Shown piece after piece: positions 61,875 through 64,000 of a DNA stretch of 64,000 nt. The notes under the pieces were generated by a model. That model did no database searches. It saw only the letters and a list, made by a program, of their open reading frames with translations, and was not told where the DNA came from. Positions within the stretch are counted from its first letter, which is position 1; every line of letters begins with the position of its first letter. The DNA comes from Octopus bimaculoides (lineage: Eukaryota), in assembly GCF_001194135.2 (NCBI RefSeq), contig NC_068981.1, forward strand, positions 143,690,460 through 143,754,459. Reading direction: 5' to 3'. The position numbers and the translations under genes are program-made.

Positions 61875-62485
61875 TTCGTTTACTTTTTTCAGTCATGACT
61901 ACGGCCATGCTGGGACACCATCTTGGAAGGTTTATTCGAATATATCAACTCTAGTACTTTTTTAAAACTTTGTTACTTGTTCTATCGATCTCTTGGGTAT
62001 GTACTAGTGACCAAAACCTGTTGTCAAGTGGTAGAGGTATGCAAACTCAAGCACAAAGTTATGCATATATATATACGAGGGTTGCCACAGTTTCCGTCCA
62101 CCAAATTCACTCACAAGACATTATTTCTTTCTTGTCCACAAGGGGCTAAACATAGAGGGGACAAACAAGGTCAGACAAAGGGATTAAGTCGATTACAACG
62201 CCCCCCCCAGTGCGTAACTGGTACTTAATTTTTCGACCCCGAAAGGATGAAAGGCAAAGTCGACCTCGGCGGAATTTGAACTCAGAACGTAACGGCAGAC
62301 GAAATACTGCTAAGCATTTTGCCCGGCGCGCTAACGTTTCTGCCAGCTCGCCGCCTTCACTCACAAGACATTAGTCGACCCAGGGCTATGATAGCAGGCA
62401 CTTGTCCAAAATCTCATTCAGTGTGACTGAACCGAAAACCAAATGGTTACAAAAAAGCTTCTTAGTCATATAGCCCTGCCTGCGC
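61875..62485 (-). mobile_element. Older SINE B copy interrupted by a SINE A insertion
   Basis: 3' half at 61875-62105 and 5' half at 62374-62485, continuous across the duplicated site. Confidence 0.75.
62124..62355 (-). mobile_element. Young full-length SINE A (tail A1) with a perfect 18-bp TSD
   Basis: TTCACTCACAAGACATTA at 62106-62123 and 62356-62373. Confidence 0.95.
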
Positions 62486-63494
62486 TATGTATTTAACATA
62501 ATGAAACCTATCAATGCCTGAAGGTCTATTAATCATTTCTAAAAGGGGTTTGTTACCATGCGTCTCACTAGTTGTTATTAATAGGGGGATACAGAAAAGT
62601 CGAGTGGTAAAATAACATTTCGTCCCCTCCCTTACACTCTCTAGTTCAAATCGCACAAGTGTCGATTCTAACTTTCAACCCTCCGAAGGACATTATTGTC
62701 AATTCCATCTCTCTTCTAAACATATTGAGAAAACCAATGAATAAAAGTATTCTGTCTATGTATGACTATTCAGTTTTCAGACACTATGTTTCTGGCTACA
62801 TTATCCAATCTGGCTTTGATTTAATTAAGAACGTATGGTGTATTTTGAATGGTATTTGACAGCTATTTCTTGCAAATCGAAACACCACATTAATGTTCCC
62901 CCGTTGGATTGTAGTTACTGTCATCATTACCGGTGTAGCAATGGTAGTATTTTAGTAATGATGTGTTACAAATTCCATTAATATAGTTATTGTATTGTAT
63001 AGTATGCAGGCTTGATGACCTGAGAGATAGTGCGGCAAGCGAGCTTTTATGTTGTTTCTAATGTTTGTTTAGACTATATGGAATGCAAAGCGTTAATTGA
63101 TTTTCTGTTCTATTCATTTGTTGGTCTCGAATTGCTAACTTTCTTCCTCAAACGAGTGTGAACGAATTTGAACATTTGTTAATAAAAATGACACCAACAG
63201 CTGCTCAAAGAAGACAAGCATTTGTTATTAGCAGCATTAACGACATCTATAATGTCTTGGTAACAATAATAGGTTCATATCCATGCATTCTCGGTGTCGC
63301 TTTCTGTCGTCAAACAAGACATTTAATCATAAATTGTCTCGATTTATCTGTATTAGACCAGCGTCTTGTCCAGAATATTCTTCCCTTTCTCATCCGTTTA
63401 GAAATAATGGAAGTTCAGCTAAACAATGATAAAATAACTCGCCAGGTTATTTAAATGGCAATGTGTTTTTCTTTTTAGCATTAATTATGTATCT

Positions 63495-64000
63495 AACAAA
63501 GGCGAAGATCTGCAAATTATATCGATTCCAGTACTTGACTGTTACTTATTTTATTGACCACGAGGAGAAGAAAGGAAAGAATCCATCTCGGCGAGATTTA
63601 ATCTGCGAATATAAATGATCGAACTACAGTAAAGTGTTTTGTTCAACACTTTACCATTAATGTCATCTACTTTCATTTTTACAGCATTAATTCTGTGGAT
63701 TAGTAGAAATTTTAGAGTGTCGGACAAAAAGCTTTAACCCAATTTAGTTACAGCTCCTTCTGTTAAGAGTTCAAATCCTGCTGACTTCAAATGTACCTGT
63801 GATCTACTTTCCATAGCAGTTCACAACTGAAAGTATGCTTCTTTTTTACATCAGAGTTTATGCTCTTACCACTGACTCTTTGCCGGTGTCGTACTAACTT
63901 GATGCTGAATGGGCACTGTGTCAGTCTTAAAACACGTTTTTGGCAGCTGAACAGACTTGAGAATCGCGAAGTAAATTGCCTTGCCCAAGAACAGAATGTC
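63495..64000. mobile_element. Decayed SINE fragments (A-like on minus about 63495-63640, A-like on plus about 63700-63800, C-like on minus 63905 to the window end)
   Basis: atcgattccagtacttgactgttacttattttattgacc; gagttcaaatcctgc; gtaaattgccttgcccaagaacagaatgtc. Confidence 0.45.

Noticed and set aside
63158-63454. 98-aa plus-strand ORF
   Set aside because: Non-ATG start, no domain and no splice support; the antisense frame has a faint Tc1-like look (WTRRW..TDKSR) too weak to call.

Overview
AT-rich eukaryotic DNA saturated with microsatellites and broken by about 14 N-gaps, most flanked by (TA)n. The repeat families resemble those I recall from octopus; this is inference, not a database result. 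Almost everything recognisable is transposon-derived: four mariner pieces, a Tc1/maT copy, a short rosa-like Tc1/mariner deletion derivative, a pogo/Tc2-like derivative, a SPIN/Buster-type hAT, a Helitron helicase remnant with its 3' hairpin-CTAG end, RTE and R4/Dong LINE remnants, a Penelope-like (GIY-YIG) remnant and many tRNA-derived SINEs of at least three families. No intact protein-coding gene is visible, and most supplied ORFs are artefacts of gaps and simple repeats. The most interesting signal is a set of hammerhead-ribozyme (HHR) motifs. One is a near-complete type I HHR at 28094-28148 (minus), 230 nt downstream of a second HHR-like site that is itself duplicated as an inverted repeat. 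Another is a minimal HHR module that occurs once abutting a Penelope endonuclease remnant and once behind a tRNA-like head. Also noted: a deletion-mosaic 28S rRNA fragment, several fold-back inverted duplications, and a speculative phase-compatible chain of four small minus-strand exons with a caspase/paracaspase-like pattern. Coordinates of degenerate elements are approximate and identities were estimated by eye.
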